Both the position numbers and the translations under genes were made by a program. DNA of 64,000 bases from a virus, in IMG/VR virus record IMGVR_UViG_3300037483_001334. One strand, given 5' to 3'. Below, one piece after another: positions 9,451-19,479 of this stretch. The notes beneath the pieces are model-generated. The model did no database searches. It was not told where the DNA came from and saw only the letters and a program-made list of their open reading frames with translations. Within the stretch, counting starts at the first letter, position 1, and every line of letters begins with the position of its first letter.

Positions 9451-10377
9451 GTGGCGATGAACGATCCGGAAGTCGCGCGCGTACTGCGCGAAATGGAAGA
9501 ACAGCACCGCAAGCTGTTCGCGCGCACGAAGGTCCTCAACGAGCGCTACGGCAAGCTCGCGTCCGAGTTCGAGTCGCAGCAGTCCGAGTTGCAGCAGATG
9601 AAGGCTGCGGTCTCGAAGGCCCAGAAGCGCATTCGCTACATCGAGGACATCCCGGGCAAGCGCGTGCCCTACTTCCTGAACTTCAGCATCGACATCCCGG
9701 GTCCGACCGATCCGTCGCTGACGTTGGCGGGCACGCAGCTCGTCGACAACAAGCAGGTGTCGATGGATGGACCGTTCGTGTGCACCTCGTACATGAGCGC
9801 GTTCCTGATGAGGACGTACTCGCAGGGTCCGTACGGCACCGCCGAAGACGGTCGTCCGAACGATCCGCTTGCGGGGACCGAGGTCATCACGCCGCTGAGC
9901 GGCCGCTTCCGGCCCGTCGCGAGCACCGCAGACCCTTTCGCAGGCGCATACATCGGCGCACGCGTCGGCCCGATCACCGTTGCTGGTGCGCAGGCGGTGC
10001 AGACCTTCCGCCCCGGCGAGGTAGACTTCCTGTTCGAGATCCAGGACAACGCATCGAACCGCAATCGGCAGAATCAGATTCCGATGCCGAGCCGGTACAT
10101 CTTCTCCGAGTTCGACCGGCCGCTATACCTGCCGGTCGGCGACTTCTTCGAGCGCGGCTCGACGGTCACGTGGAAGATGACGCTGACCCGCGACATCGGG
10201 ATGGCCGAGGTCAACTGGGCGACCCTGCCGACCGGCTTCGCAGAAGGCGAGCTGACTCCAGCGCCAGACCCGTCGATCGCGGACGGCGCCGGCCGCCTCG
10301 TGGTCCAGCTCGGCGGCACCGTCTACTTCACGATGTGCGGCTACAAGATTCTCCAGGCTGAGTCCCCGGCGGTCTGA
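9451..10377 (+). CDS. putative virion structural protein (308 aa)
   Basis: ORF with N-terminal coiled coil, in the structural block; the overlapping alternative frame 9372..10361 is Arg-rich artefact. Confidence 0.45.
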   Translation: MAMNDPEVARVLREMEEQHRKLFARTKVLNERYGKLASEFESQQSELQQMKAAVSKAQKRIRYIEDIPGKRVPYFLNFSIDIPGPTDPSLTLAGTQLVDNKQVSMDGPFVCTSYMSAFLMRTYSQGPYGTAEDGRPNDPLAGTEVITPLSGRFRPVASTADPFAGAYIGARVGPITVAGAQAVQTFRPGEVDFLFEIQDNASNRNRQNQIPMPSRYIFSEFDRPLYLPVGDFFERGSTVTWKMTLTRDIGMAEVNWATLPTGFAEGELTPAPDPSIADGAGRLVVQLGGTVYFTMCGYKILQAESPAV

Positions 10378-10385
10378 GGACGACC

Positions 10386-11063
10386 ATGAGAGGTCGTCCC
10401 GGCAGGCTGAATAGCCAAGCTGCATCGCCACTACCTCAAGATGAGGTCGTGCCGGTGGTCGAGAACGTTCGCGTTCTCGACGCCTACTTTCAGTTCCTGC
10501 CCAGCCAGCAGCTGACTTTCTTCCAGCGTCCCTTCTTGGCGAAGTATCCCATTCCGCTCGCCCAAGCGGGCGCACCGCCGTATCCGCGCAACATCCCGCT
10601 GTTGCGCCTGGTAGCTCCGCAGGAAGCCTGCATCGTTCTGAAGAACTCGGTGTTCAAGGTATACGAGCACACCGGGATCGATCCGAACGATGTGGTTGAA
10701 GTCGACCCGACGCGCCTGACCACCGTCTTCGGCTTCCAGCTGAAGGTGGGTGGCCGCGGCACGCTCGACTTCATGACGAACCTCACGAGCAAGGGCGACC
10801 CGGTCGTAACGGCGCAGGGCTTTCAGACCTTTCCCCCGTCTCCTGGGCAGGGCAGCTTCTATCCGTTCGGAGGCGATTCGCAGGTCGGCTTGCAGAACTT
10901 CGCGAGCTACGTGCGACCAGGACAGACCATCGAGGCGGCGGTCATCGCGCTCCGTGCTCCGCCTTTCGAGACGAAGCTGCTCTCGGTGGAGATCAACGGA
11001 TTTCTGATTCCCGAGTTTCAGCTCGATCGCATTCTCACGAGAATGAGCGGAGGTGGAACCTGA
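10386..11063 (+). CDS. putative virion structural protein (225 aa)
   Basis: ORF in structural block. Confidence 0.4.
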   Translation: MRGRPGRLNSQAASPLPQDEVVPVVENVRVLDAYFQFLPSQQLTFFQRPFLAKYPIPLAQAGAPPYPRNIPLLRLVAPQEACIVLKNSVFKVYEHTGIDPNDVVEVDPTRLTTVFGFQLKVGGRGTLDFMTNLTSKGDPVVTAQGFQTFPPSPGQGSFYPFGGDSQVGLQNFASYVRPGQTIEAAVIALRAPPFETKLLSVEINGFLIPEFQLDRILTRMSGGGT

Positions 11064-11189
11064 TCGATGATTGAAGGCGGGGTCTGGATCTGACGACGAT
11101 TTCCAGCCCAGAGGAACTCCGTGCGTCGAGGCGCCCAGCCGTAGCAGGGTCCCGACCCCGCCTTCAATCATCGATCTGTCCGATAGCCC

Positions 11190-11954
11190 ATGACCTGGAA
11201 ACGCGGCATGATCTGGAAGACGCCATGGAACCGCGCTCGCGGTACGCCAGACGTCGATCCGTCGGGCAACATGCCGTTCTTCAACACGTTTGACGACGGC
11301 GACGGCAACAGGTGGGAGTACCGGAGCGCCGCGGTCTCGACGCTTGGTGCAGCGTTGCCGTTCTGGTATGGGCTCGTTGGGATCGGCATTGGCGGCAACT
11401 TCGGCGCTGGCGGCTTCGGCGGCGGAGGCTGGAACGCTGCGGTCAGCGGGAACCTGACACAGGTGACTTACACAGCCGCCGTGAATCCGACGTTCACGCT
11501 TGCTGATATCACCGACAGCATGACGGTGCCGGATATCAGTTTCGTCGAGGCCGTGATCGTCGTCGTGACCGTTCTGGACGGTGGATACCGGGTGCGTGCG
11601 TACTTCCAGAATCAGCAGTATCTCGTCTTCGACTCCGTGGCTGCGTACGTGCCAGGTGCTCCGACGCTTCAGTTTCAGCTGCCATTCCAGGGCGCGCTGC
11701 ACGGAGCTGCCGGCGGCGCATTCGATCTGACGTCGGACGAGATGTCGCAGTGGTTCTTGGATCTGAAGTCCAACCTCGCGATCCAGGCCATTCCGGGTAA
11801 GACCTCGCACCTGTACTCGGCGTCGTCCGTTTTCCCGTTGGTGCCGGCTGTGCTGCCGAATGGCGCGGGCGTACAGACGCTGGATCTGACCGCCGTCGGC
11901 GCGCCGGTGTCGGTGCCGGCGAACACGATGGTGCCGGTCAAGTTCAACTACTGA
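11190..11954 (+). CDS. Gly-rich putative structural protein (254 aa)
   Basis: ORF; GGNFGAGGFGGGGW stretch. Confidence 0.4.
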   Translation: MTWKRGMIWKTPWNRARGTPDVDPSGNMPFFNTFDDGDGNRWEYRSAAVSTLGAALPFWYGLVGIGIGGNFGAGGFGGGGWNAAVSGNLTQVTYTAAVNPTFTLADITDSMTVPDISFVEAVIVVVTVLDGGYRVRAYFQNQQYLVFDSVAAYVPGAPTLQFQLPFQGALHGAAGGAFDLTSDEMSQWFLDLKSNLAIQAIPGKTSHLYSASSVFPLVPAVLPNGAGVQTLDLTAVGAPVSVPANTMVPVKFNY

Positions 11955-11962
11955 GGTGAGCC

Positions 11963-12742
11963 ATGGCCCGTCGTGCGCGCAAGAACACCAGCAAGTCGGA
12001 TCTGCTCGACTATCCCATCGTCAACGGGGTCGACGCAGATCGTGGCGAGCTGTTCCTGATGTGGTTCGACGCTCACGCGCCACTGCACCTGCTCGTTTGG
12101 GCCGATCACTTCGAAGACGCATTCGAGTATGCCGTCGACTACCTCGACGACGAGGGCAAGTGCGGAGTGTTCACGTTCTTCGACGAGAGCGACTACAAGG
12201 CCGCCGCCGAGGACGAGGGCATCGGGTGGCCCGAGGACGGCATGCGTGGTCTCTCGGAGCGAGATGCGCAGACGGTGCAGGATGCGACCGAGGTCGATCA
12301 TACGATCATCGGACACACGCAGCTGAAGTGCCAGAAGGGCCAGTACAGCGCAGCGTTCGTCGCTCATGACGACTGGGGCGGCGGCGAGCTTCATGGGGAT
12401 GACGTGAAGTACATTCGCGCGTGGTCGCTCGCATCCGACGACCAGGCGGAAGATCTTCACAAGCTCGGGTGGAAAGAGAAGAGCGCAGAACCGCTCGGCA
12501 TGTGGACGGCGCCGATCGGCGACCGCTGGAATGCGGTCTTCTATGACGAGCGGGCAACCTACGCGCTCGACGGGGGCAACGGCAAGGCCGTGAAGGTCGA
12601 GATCTACGAGGACAAGGGTACCGCTCCGATCAAGACGAAGAAGTTCGTCGACGGCATGGGCAGCGGCTCTGTCGGAGCTAGCGATCCCATGCTCTGGGTC
12701 GATGAGGTTGAAGAGGAACTGGAACAGGCGGACGAGGACTGA
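11963..12742 (+). CDS. hypothetical acidic protein with Arg-rich N-terminus (MARRARKNTSK)
   Basis: ORF 259 aa. Confidence 0.4.
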   Translation: MARRARKNTSKSDLLDYPIVNGVDADRGELFLMWFDAHAPLHLLVWADHFEDAFEYAVDYLDDEGKCGVFTFFDESDYKAAAEDEGIGWPEDGMRGLSERDAQTVQDATEVDHTIIGHTQLKCQKGQYSAAFVAHDDWGGGELHGDDVKYIRAWSLASDDQAEDLHKLGWKEKSAEPLGMWTAPIGDRWNAVFYDERATYALDGGNGKAVKVEIYEDKGTAPIKTKKFVDGMGSGSVGASDPMLWVDEVEEELEQADED

Positions 12743-12743
12743 G

Positions 12744-13049
12744 ATGCCGCGCCGTCGCACCAGCCGCCGTCGCGCGTCGCGCCGCCCTCTCGTGCGCAAC
12801 AGTGCGAAGCGCATGCTGCGCGAAGTCGACACGATCTTGTCGACGGCCGAAGACGAGCTGGAGGGCGGAAGCGTGATGAAGGCGCTTGCGGCATACATGA
12901 TGGCCTCAGACCTCGCATGTAGCAGCGGCATCGCACGCGAGGCCGAGCACGATGACATCGTCTCGCGCGAGTGGACAGCGGTCTCGCGCGAGATGGCGAT
13001 GGTTCTCGACGAGATCGGCGAGCGGCTCCGACAGGCTGGTGTCCGATGA
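12744..13049 (+). CDS. small protein with Arg-rich leader (MPRRRTSRRRASRRP)
   Basis: ATG 1 nt after the upstream stop. Confidence 0.35.
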   Translation: MPRRRTSRRRASRRPLVRNSAKRMLREVDTILSTAEDELEGGSVMKALAAYMMASDLACSSGIAREAEHDDIVSREWTAVSREMAMVLDEIGERLRQAGVR

Positions 13050-13408
13050 GCTATCGACGGGCCCTGGGCTTCGCTGCTCCGTTTACATCGACATCGTGGT
13101 TTGCCGAGGGTGTCGACCCGTACGCCGCGCGGCTCTCACCGCGCGGGTCCATCTACAGTCCGTATGGCTGGGGCCCCGACATGATGATCGGGATGCCGAT
13201 GAACTACACCCACCACATCGACTACGTTCAAGACCCGGTTCTTGCGCGACCTTCGCGCATCGTGCGAAACGACATTGCGAATGCGCATCGCCGGATACCG
13301 GGTGCTCGGGCGAATATCGGCCCAATGCGTGATGTCGTCGGCATCGGCAACTACGATCACGGTCAGTACGAGGGCGACATGCAGTCGCTTGGCGGTCAGC
13401 GGCGATAG
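13046..13408 (+). CDS. hypothetical protein starting MSYRRALGF
   Basis: ATGA overlap with the upstream gene. Confidence 0.35.
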   Translation: MSYRRALGFAAPFTSTSWFAEGVDPYAARLSPRGSIYSPYGWGPDMMIGMPMNYTHHIDYVQDPVLARPSRIVRNDIANAHRRIPGARANIGPMRDVVGIGNYDHGQYEGDMQSLGGQRR

Positions 13409-13469
13409 GGTGGTCTGGAACGGCGATTCAGGCGACGGTCTGAGTGGTCTTCTCTACGGAGGTTCGGTC

Positions 13470-13727
13470 ATGGCAAAGAAGAGGCACAGCAAGCGCGCCA
13501 AGCGCAACAGTCGTCGTCCCCGTCGCAACGGTCCGCGTCGCCGCCTGCGTCGCAACCCGGACACGATCACGTGGATCGCGATCGCGGGCGCGGGCTACCT
13601 CGGCTACCGCTGGTGGAAGAACCGCCAGGCAACGACGGCTATGGCACCGTCTGCCCCCGCGCCGACCGTCGTGCAGCCGACGCCGCCTCCGGCGGTCTCG
13701 GGTCTCGGTTCCCTGATCGTGATGTGA
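13470..13727 (+). CDS. small membrane protein with Arg-rich leader (MAKKRHSKRAKRNSRRPRRNGPRRRLRRNPD) and one TM
   Basis: Internal ATG of ORF 13242..13727 with RBS ggagg. Confidence 0.4.
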   Translation: MAKKRHSKRAKRNSRRPRRNGPRRRLRRNPDTITWIAIAGAGYLGYRWWKNRQATTAMAPSAPAPTVVQPTPPPAVSGLGSLIVM

Positions 13728-13737
13728 GGAGGTTCCG

Positions 13738-13980
13738 ATGCCGCTGTACCGGGTAGATCGTCGTCTCCGGGCCCGAAGGGGCGATTTCGCTGGCTTCGGT
13801 CAGGCGACTGCGGCGGCACCGATTCCTCCGACCACCGTGCTGCTGGGCATCGGTGTGGCCATGATCGGCCTCACCGTGCTCGGTGGTGCGTTGGCAGAGA
13901 AGCATCAGCGGACGAGCCTCGCGAACAACCGTGGTCGCCGTCGGAAGCGACCGCGCCGGAACCGCAGGCGGCGGCGATGA
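13738..13980 (+). CDS. small membrane protein, Arg-rich C-terminus
   Basis: ORF; TM LLGIGVAMIGLTVLGGAL. Confidence 0.4.
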   Translation: MPLYRVDRRLRARRGDFAGFGQATAAAPIPPTTVLLGIGVAMIGLTVLGGALAEKHQRTSLANNRGRRRKRPRRNRRRRR

Positions 13981-14513
13981 GCTATCGCGCGCCACTGGGG
14001 CAAGTCAGCCCAGCCGTTCCGGCTTGCCCTGCGGGGCAGTATCGCCCCGCGGACCTGACGATCGGTGGCCAGCAGCTTCAGGCTTGCCTACCGATTCCAG
14101 CATGTCCGGTAGGGCAGCAGTTCTATCCGCCAAACGGGAGATGGCTGGGCGGATGCGCTCCGCCGTGTCCAGTGTCTGGCGCACAGGCACCGTGTCCGCC
14201 CGGCTCTTCCTACGTGGTGACGGACGATCGGTGCGGCTACGGCAGCTGTCGTCTGACGGCGGCCGGTCTTCCGCATCCGGCGACCGTTCCCGTTTCAAGG
14301 TACACGGCTCCGCCCGCTACGGGTCTCGACAAGATCTGGCAGGACTATCCCAGACTGCGCGAGATCGCATTCGTGGGCGCGCTTGGCGGCTTCGTGGGAG
14401 CCCACTCGAAGTCGAGGATCGGCGGCGCGGCGACGGGAGCAGCAGTTGCAGTCGGCGGATACTTTGCGCTCTACTACGGAGTCCGCGGCTTGGGTATTGG
14501 CGTTCGCCGATGA
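13977..14513 (+). CDS. Cys/Pro-rich membrane protein starting MSYRAPLGQ, C-terminal TM
   Basis: ATGA overlap. Confidence 0.4.
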   Translation: MSYRAPLGQVSPAVPACPAGQYRPADLTIGGQQLQACLPIPACPVGQQFYPPNGRWLGGCAPPCPVSGAQAPCPPGSSYVVTDDRCGYGSCRLTAAGLPHPATVPVSRYTAPPATGLDKIWQDYPRLREIAFVGALGGFVGAHSKSRIGGAATGAAVAVGGYFALYYGVRGLGIGVRR

Positions 14514-14761
14514 GCTACCGCGCACCACAGGCGCTCGGTCAGACCTTTCGTTGTCCGCCTGGCGCGACGATGCAGCAGTGCGTGAGCATGACACCCGGCG
14601 GCGGCGGTCAGATCACCCCACAGGTCGTCGCGATGGGCGTTGGCCTGGTCGCGCTTCTTGGCGCGAGCATCTGGTGGTGGGAGATGAAGCGACGACTCCT
14701 GAACGAGGCGTTTTCTGACGAGGACGACCGCCTGGCAGCGGGACTTGTGGTTGGCGCCTAA
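14510..14761 (+). CDS. small membrane protein starting MSYRAPQALGQ
   Basis: ATGA overlap; TM VVAMGVGLVALLGASIWWW. Confidence 0.4.
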   Translation: MSYRAPQALGQTFRCPPGATMQQCVSMTPGGGGQITPQVVAMGVGLVALLGASIWWWEMKRRLLNEAFSDEDDRLAAGLVVGA

Positions 14762-15312
14762 TGACATTCGTTTCAAATCAGCGACCGGTCGCGCCGTGGA
14801 GCTTCCATCATTGGTGGGGGCAGTGGAGCACTGCTGCGTCGTTGCCAAATGCAGTTGCGTCTACGGCGTCCGGGTACGCGTCTGACCTTCAGGCCGGCGA
14901 CCTGGCTTGGGTCGTAGCCGATTCCGCCATTTACCTCTGCACCGATCCGACCCCGGGAGCCGCCGTGTGGGTCGCAATGTTGTCCACGGCGTCGTCCGAC
15001 CTTCTTCTGGTCAGAACGATTGCCGACCCGGTATATTCGGTCGTAACCGCAGATCACGGATACACGCTTCGTTTCACGAATCCAGCCGGCTGTACGGTCA
15101 CGGTCGACGCTGCGAATGTCGTCGCAGGAGTCTGCGTGACGCTCATTCAGGAGAATGGTGGCGCAGCCGTGCAGCTTGCGTTTGCAGGCGGAATGCTTGC
15201 GGTAGCTAGTGCGTCGTTTACGGCGCCGTATGCGACGTTCGACGATGGCTCGGTAATCGGGATTACCGTGCTCGACGCTACGCACACGAGCGTATACGGC
15301 AAGGTCGCCTGA
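14761..15312 (+). CDS. short tail fibre/receptor-binding protein sharing an N-terminal anchor domain with 16925..18805
   Basis: MTFVSNQRPVAPWS...GQWSTAASLPN N-terminus duplicated at 16925. Confidence 0.5.
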   Translation: MTFVSNQRPVAPWSFHHWWGQWSTAASLPNAVASTASGYASDLQAGDLAWVVADSAIYLCTDPTPGAAVWVAMLSTASSDLLLVRTIADPVYSVVTADHGYTLRFTNPAGCTVTVDAANVVAGVCVTLIQENGGAAVQLAFAGGMLAVASASFTAPYATFDDGSVIGITVLDATHTSVYGKVA

Positions 15313-15314
15313 CC

Positions 15315-16133
15315 GTGTCGCGTCGGAGCGCTATCCTGTCGCAACGTGCTGGCGTGATCGCCGGAAGCGGCGGCTTCAATCCGGCGATGAATGGCGCGCT
15401 GATCGAGGGCTGGGACGCGTCCGTGACACCTCCAGGCGCCCCTGGCGTCATCCCGACGTGGACGGGTATTAACGGGACGGTCGGGACATTCTCTGGCAAC
15501 CCTGTCACCTATTCGCCGACGTCAATGGGCGACGACGAGGGCGGACTGCACTCCGGTGTGGCTATCTCAGGATCGCTGATGACATGTCCGCTTGGCGCTC
15601 TTGTCGTTGGTCGGACCCGGCTTGGCGTGATCCTGGGGGTCGAGAACTTCACGGCCTCAACCCCGGGAGTGCTGGCGGAGTACGGAACGCCAGATGCAAC
15701 CTCGGCCAACGGGCAGTTTGCGGCGATCCTGAACATCGGCGGCGCGAGTTCGGCGGACTACTTTATTTTTGTACGTGGCGGCGGCGGGAACGGAACCTGG
15801 ACCTCTCCAATCAATACGGTTGCGATCAACACGGTAGCTGTGCCCGGCGACCCGTTCGCGCTCAGCTTTGTCGTTGACCTGAACGATACGTCTGGATCGA
15901 CGCTCAGGCGCGTCGACAACGTGGAGACCGCAGGAGGGACGATTGTCGCCGGACTGGTGGCAGGCAGCGTAATGAACAACACTACGCTGTTCATCGGAGC
16001 GCGTGCCGGGGTCATGTTCCCGACGTCGTGTCAGTGGCAGCAGATCTGGCTCGTCGACCCAGATTTTTCGCCGACGACGATGACCGACTACGCTCGCTAT
16101 GTAGACCGTGGCATGGGCGAGGTGGGCGCATGA
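15315..16133 (+). CDS. tail-fibre-associated protein (Gly/Thr/Ser-rich)
   Basis: ORF with GTG start. Confidence 0.4.
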   Translation: MSRRSAILSQRAGVIAGSGGFNPAMNGALIEGWDASVTPPGAPGVIPTWTGINGTVGTFSGNPVTYSPTSMGDDEGGLHSGVAISGSLMTCPLGALVVGRTRLGVILGVENFTASTPGVLAEYGTPDATSANGQFAAILNIGGASSADYFIFVRGGGGNGTWTSPINTVAINTVAVPGDPFALSFVVDLNDTSGSTLRRVDNVETAGGTIVAGLVAGSVMNNTTLFIGARAGVMFPTSCQWQQIWLVDPDFSPTTMTDYARYVDRGMGEVGA

Positions 16134-16897
16134 CATCCGTGCTCATGCTGCCGATGGGGCAGTCGCTGTGCTTGCCGTTCACCGATACCAACAATGTGCC
16201 TGCACCGCTGCTCGCACAGGCCGCGACGCGTCTTGGCATGACCAAGCTGGGCTTCGATTTCACTATCCTTCCAAGGACCACGAAGACGAGTCCCTGGCGG
16301 CCTATTCGTCGATCGAAGAACCGCGAAGGGTTCCGCAACAACCTGGGTTTCGACGCGGCGATGGTGGGTCGACTGCTCGACCTTGGTCACCTCCCGAGCG
16401 TTCTTCAGTGTGCCTTCGGAGCGAGCACGCTGGGCGCGGACTGGCTCTCGCCTGGCGGCCCGCTGTTTGTCAGCGCCACGCAGCTGTTTACGGCTGCATT
16501 CGCTTCGTCGCGAAACCCGTGCCCGGCACCTACGAAGATCATCATAATGTGGGAGCAGGGCCAGAGTGATTGTCAGAGCGCAGCATTCAGCGCCGCCTAT
16601 GCTGCGAACTTTGCCGCCTTCACGACGGCGATCCGAGCGGCGCTTGCCCCTTTCACGGCCAGTACGATCAACTGGATCGTCTGTCAGACATCAAGTGCGC
16701 TTGTGCTAGCGGGCGCGACTGCGCCGCAAATCGCAGCCGTCCGCGCCGGTCAGGCGGCATTCGTAGCCGGCGATGGTGGTAACAGCGCGCTCGTGGATGA
16801 CACCGCATTCCCGACGTTCGATGGCGTGCATCTCACCGAGGCTGGGTCGATCGCCCAGGGCATTGCGGTCGCAGACGCAGCGGCGACGTTTCTATGA
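16130..16897 (+). CDS. SGNH/GDSL-like hydrolase (putative receptor-modifying esterase)
   Basis: C-terminal DGVHLTEAG (DxxH block V); ATGA overlap. Confidence 0.4.
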   Translation: MTSVLMLPMGQSLCLPFTDTNNVPAPLLAQAATRLGMTKLGFDFTILPRTTKTSPWRPIRRSKNREGFRNNLGFDAAMVGRLLDLGHLPSVLQCAFGASTLGADWLSPGGPLFVSATQLFTAAFASSRNPCPAPTKIIIMWEQGQSDCQSAAFSAAYAANFAAFTTAIRAALAPFTASTINWIVCQTSSALVLAGATAPQIAAVRAGQAAFVAGDGGNSALVDDTAFPTFDGVHLTEAGSIAQGIAVADAAATFL

Positions 16898-16924
16898 TCG
16901 CTCTTATGGTGAGCTAGCATCGAA

Positions 16925-18805
16925 ATGACATTCATCTCGAACCAGCGACCGGTTGCGCCATGGTCCCAGCATAACTACTGGGGCCAGTGGTCGACAGCAG
17001 CATCGCTGCCGAACACCGTCGGCTTCACCGAGGGCGGCTACGCGTCCGAGATTCAAGCCGGCGACGTGGCATGGGCAGCTGCCGAAGCGGCGCTGTACGT
17101 CTGCGCCGATCCGACCCCGGGAGCAGCCGTGTGGACGGCGCTTGGTGGCGGTGGCGGTGCCCCATCCGGGCCAGCCGGCGGAGACCTGGCCGCCACATAC
17201 CCAAATCCGGAGGTTGCTGCGATACATGAGACGAGCGGCCCCACCAGGCTGGCGTTCGGCGCAGTCGCGGACGGGCAAGCCCTTGTGCGAGCTGGCGCGA
17301 CTGTCGTCGGTGCACCGTTGCCGCGCGAGATGGGATGGTTCGACATCAGGGATTACGGCGCGCTCTTGTCGCCCGACGACATCGGGCCAGCGCTGCAAGC
17401 GGCTGGCAATGCGGCCATCGCCTACGGCAGCGGGACCGTGTTTGTCCCGCCGCGCCGTGACGGCATCTCTCGCGCCTGGGGACTTCCTAGTACCGCAGGC
17501 GTGGCGATCGCCAGTTCGCCGTCACAGTCGCAGAGCTTCACGATTCAGGGGATCATCGATCAGACGATCATCTCGGTGACTGGCATCGCAGGTCCGGGCA
17601 CCGGAGGTTCCACCATCCAGGTGTCCGACTCGAACGCCATGATCTCGTTCGATGGGCTGATCTTCCTCGGCGACCAGGGCGTCGGGATCAACTGCGGGAA
17701 CGTGATCAACATCCAGCAGGCTCGTACCGGTTCGATCACGAACTGCCAGTTCTGGGGCTTCGCGTGCGACAGGCCTCAGTACGGTGTCGTGCATTGCATC
17801 GCCGACACTACCATCTTCGAGAAAAATACCCTCAAGGGCAACTCCTACTTGGGCACCGCTGGCGAGGGTGCCGTTGTTTGCATTACCGGCGTGCGCGACG
17901 GCGGCCGCGTCACCGGATGTCAGTGGACTGGCGGCGACGGCACCTTCAACGGTACTGTCTACAACAAGAGCGATCCTGCGGTGGGCGGACATCTCTGGAT
18001 CGGCCCGCAAGGCGTCGCGTCCACCGACCCCAACGGCTTCGGCGAGGTGCTCGTCGGCGAGTGTGTCTTCGGCGACGCCGCACTGAACGGGGTTCTTTGT
18101 CGCCCTGTGAGCGGGTATCTGGCGCGCGTGCGTATTCGCGGCTGCGGATTCAATGGTCCTTCAACGCTGGGCGGTGCGCCTATCTCGGCGCGGAAGACCG
18201 GGCAGCTTGTTATCGATGGCTGTCAGTTCGGAAACTCGTCGGCGGGGATCTACTGCGTCGCGTTCGAACGCGGCGACCTGTTCATGCGCAACTGCACCAC
18301 AAACAGTGATACTAAGGTTGTGATCTTCTCCGTCTTCGACGGGATTCCGACGCAGTTCGTCGAGATCGACGAGTGCCAGTCGACCATCCAGCTCGATGAC
18401 ACGACGTTCCCTGGCTCGACGCCAGTGCGCGGCATTCGCCGCACCAAGGGTGTGCAGACGACCCTGTACCCGCCAGGGGATGCGTTCTCGGCGACGCTCG
18501 GTGCGGGCAACAACAACAACTACGCGCTCATCGGCGCCTCCAGCACCTTCCGCGCGTCTGGTGGTGCGGCGTCTGTGTTCACGGGGATCGCGTCGCCCGT
18601 CGCAAACGGCTACTCTCGCACGCTCACGATCGTCAACGTCAGCGCGACCGCGTTCGACATCGCGAACCAGGACGGGAACTCGGACGCTGCGAATCGCATT
18701 CAGACCTCGACTGGCGCGGCGATCACGCTTGCGCAGAACGACACTGCGACGCTCTGGTACGACCCTGTCAGCCTCTTCTGGCGGCAGATCACTACGCTTG
18801 CGTAG
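16925..18805 (+). CDS. tailspike/tail fibre with beta-helix-like central region (626 aa)
   Basis: N-terminus paralogous to 14761; repetitive Gly/Ile/Asn-rich beta-helix-like segments. Confidence 0.55.
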   Translation: MTFISNQRPVAPWSQHNYWGQWSTAASLPNTVGFTEGGYASEIQAGDVAWAAAEAALYVCADPTPGAAVWTALGGGGGAPSGPAGGDLAATYPNPEVAAIHETSGPTRLAFGAVADGQALVRAGATVVGAPLPREMGWFDIRDYGALLSPDDIGPALQAAGNAAIAYGSGTVFVPPRRDGISRAWGLPSTAGVAIASSPSQSQSFTIQGIIDQTIISVTGIAGPGTGGSTIQVSDSNAMISFDGLIFLGDQGVGINCGNVINIQQARTGSITNCQFWGFACDRPQYGVVHCIADTTIFEKNTLKGNSYLGTAGEGAVVCITGVRDGGRVTGCQWTGGDGTFNGTVYNKSDPAVGGHLWIGPQGVASTDPNGFGEVLVGECVFGDAALNGVLCRPVSGYLARVRIRGCGFNGPSTLGGAPISARKTGQLVIDGCQFGNSSAGIYCVAFERGDLFMRNCTTNSDTKVVIFSVFDGIPTQFVEIDECQSTIQLDDTTFPGSTPVRGIRRTKGVQTTLYPPGDAFSATLGAGNNNNYALIGASSTFRASGGAASVFTGIASPVANGYSRTLTIVNVSATAFDIANQDGNSDAANRIQTSTGAAITLAQNDTATLWYDPVSLFWRQITTLA

Positions 18806-18858
18806 CCCCGGGTACCCTTCTCGTTGACCTGGAACCCCAGATCAGCGATACCAAGGGG

Positions 18859-19479
18859 ATGGCCCGACAGCCCCGGCAGAAGCAGATCGAGGACATCCTG
18901 GGCGACGCCCTCGAAGACGGCGTCGAGCATCTCGTAGACCGGGGCTTCGAGTTCTTCCAGCAGGGCGGGTTCCGGGCGGCGCAGAAGTTCAACCAGACGA
19001 CGAAGGCCGCGCTCCCTCCGGAGTACCTCCACGGCACGTTCACCTGCGCGCCATGCACGAAGCAGTTTTCCATCGGCGAGATGGAGCAGGTCCATCCGAC
19101 CAACGGCTACGGCACATGCAAGGTCTGCTACAAGTTCTTGTGGGACTCGGGCGCCGCCAAGCTCCGTGAGCGCGCCAAGGAGCAGGCCAGGCAGGCCGCG
19201 CAGGCCGCCGCACAGGCGGGGGCGCGTCGGGCGCAGCAGGCCGCGCAGCAGGCCGCGCCGGGCTTCGTTGGCCGCCGGCCCTACGAGGTGCTCGGCATCT
19301 CGATCGACGCGACCGAGGCCGAGATCAAGAAGGCGTACAAGAACCTCGCGCTCGAACACCACCCGGACATGGTGTCTGCTGATGCTCCTAGCGGCGTGCG
19401 TGAGCAGAAGCGGCTTCTGTTCGAGGAAGCCACACGCGCGTACAACGCGATGCTGAAGGTCAGGAAGGCGGCCGAGTGA
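18859..19479 (+). CDS. J-domain (DnaJ-like) protein with N-terminal Cys-rich zinc module
   Basis: PYEVLGISIDATEAEIKKAYKNLALEHHPDM contains the HPD motif. Confidence 0.7.
   Translation: MARQPRQKQIEDILGDALEDGVEHLVDRGFEFFQQGGFRAAQKFNQTTKAALPPEYLHGTFTCAPCTKQFSIGEMEQVHPTNGYGTCKVCYKFLWDSGAAKLRERAKEQARQAAQAAAQAGARRAQQAAQQAAPGFVGRRPYEVLGISIDATEAEIKKAYKNLALEHHPDMVSADAPSGVREQKRLLFEEATRAYNAMLKVRKAAE

Noticed and set aside
9372-10361. 329-aa plus-strand ORF in an alternative frame
   Set aside because: It overlaps 9451..10377 in another frame and consists of Arg/Gly/Pro-rich sequence with no structure; the 9451 frame has an RBS and normal composition.
10431-11810. 459-aa minus-strand ORF
   Set aside because: Antisense to two plus-strand structural genes; Arg/Leu-rich composition typical of GC-rich antisense frames.
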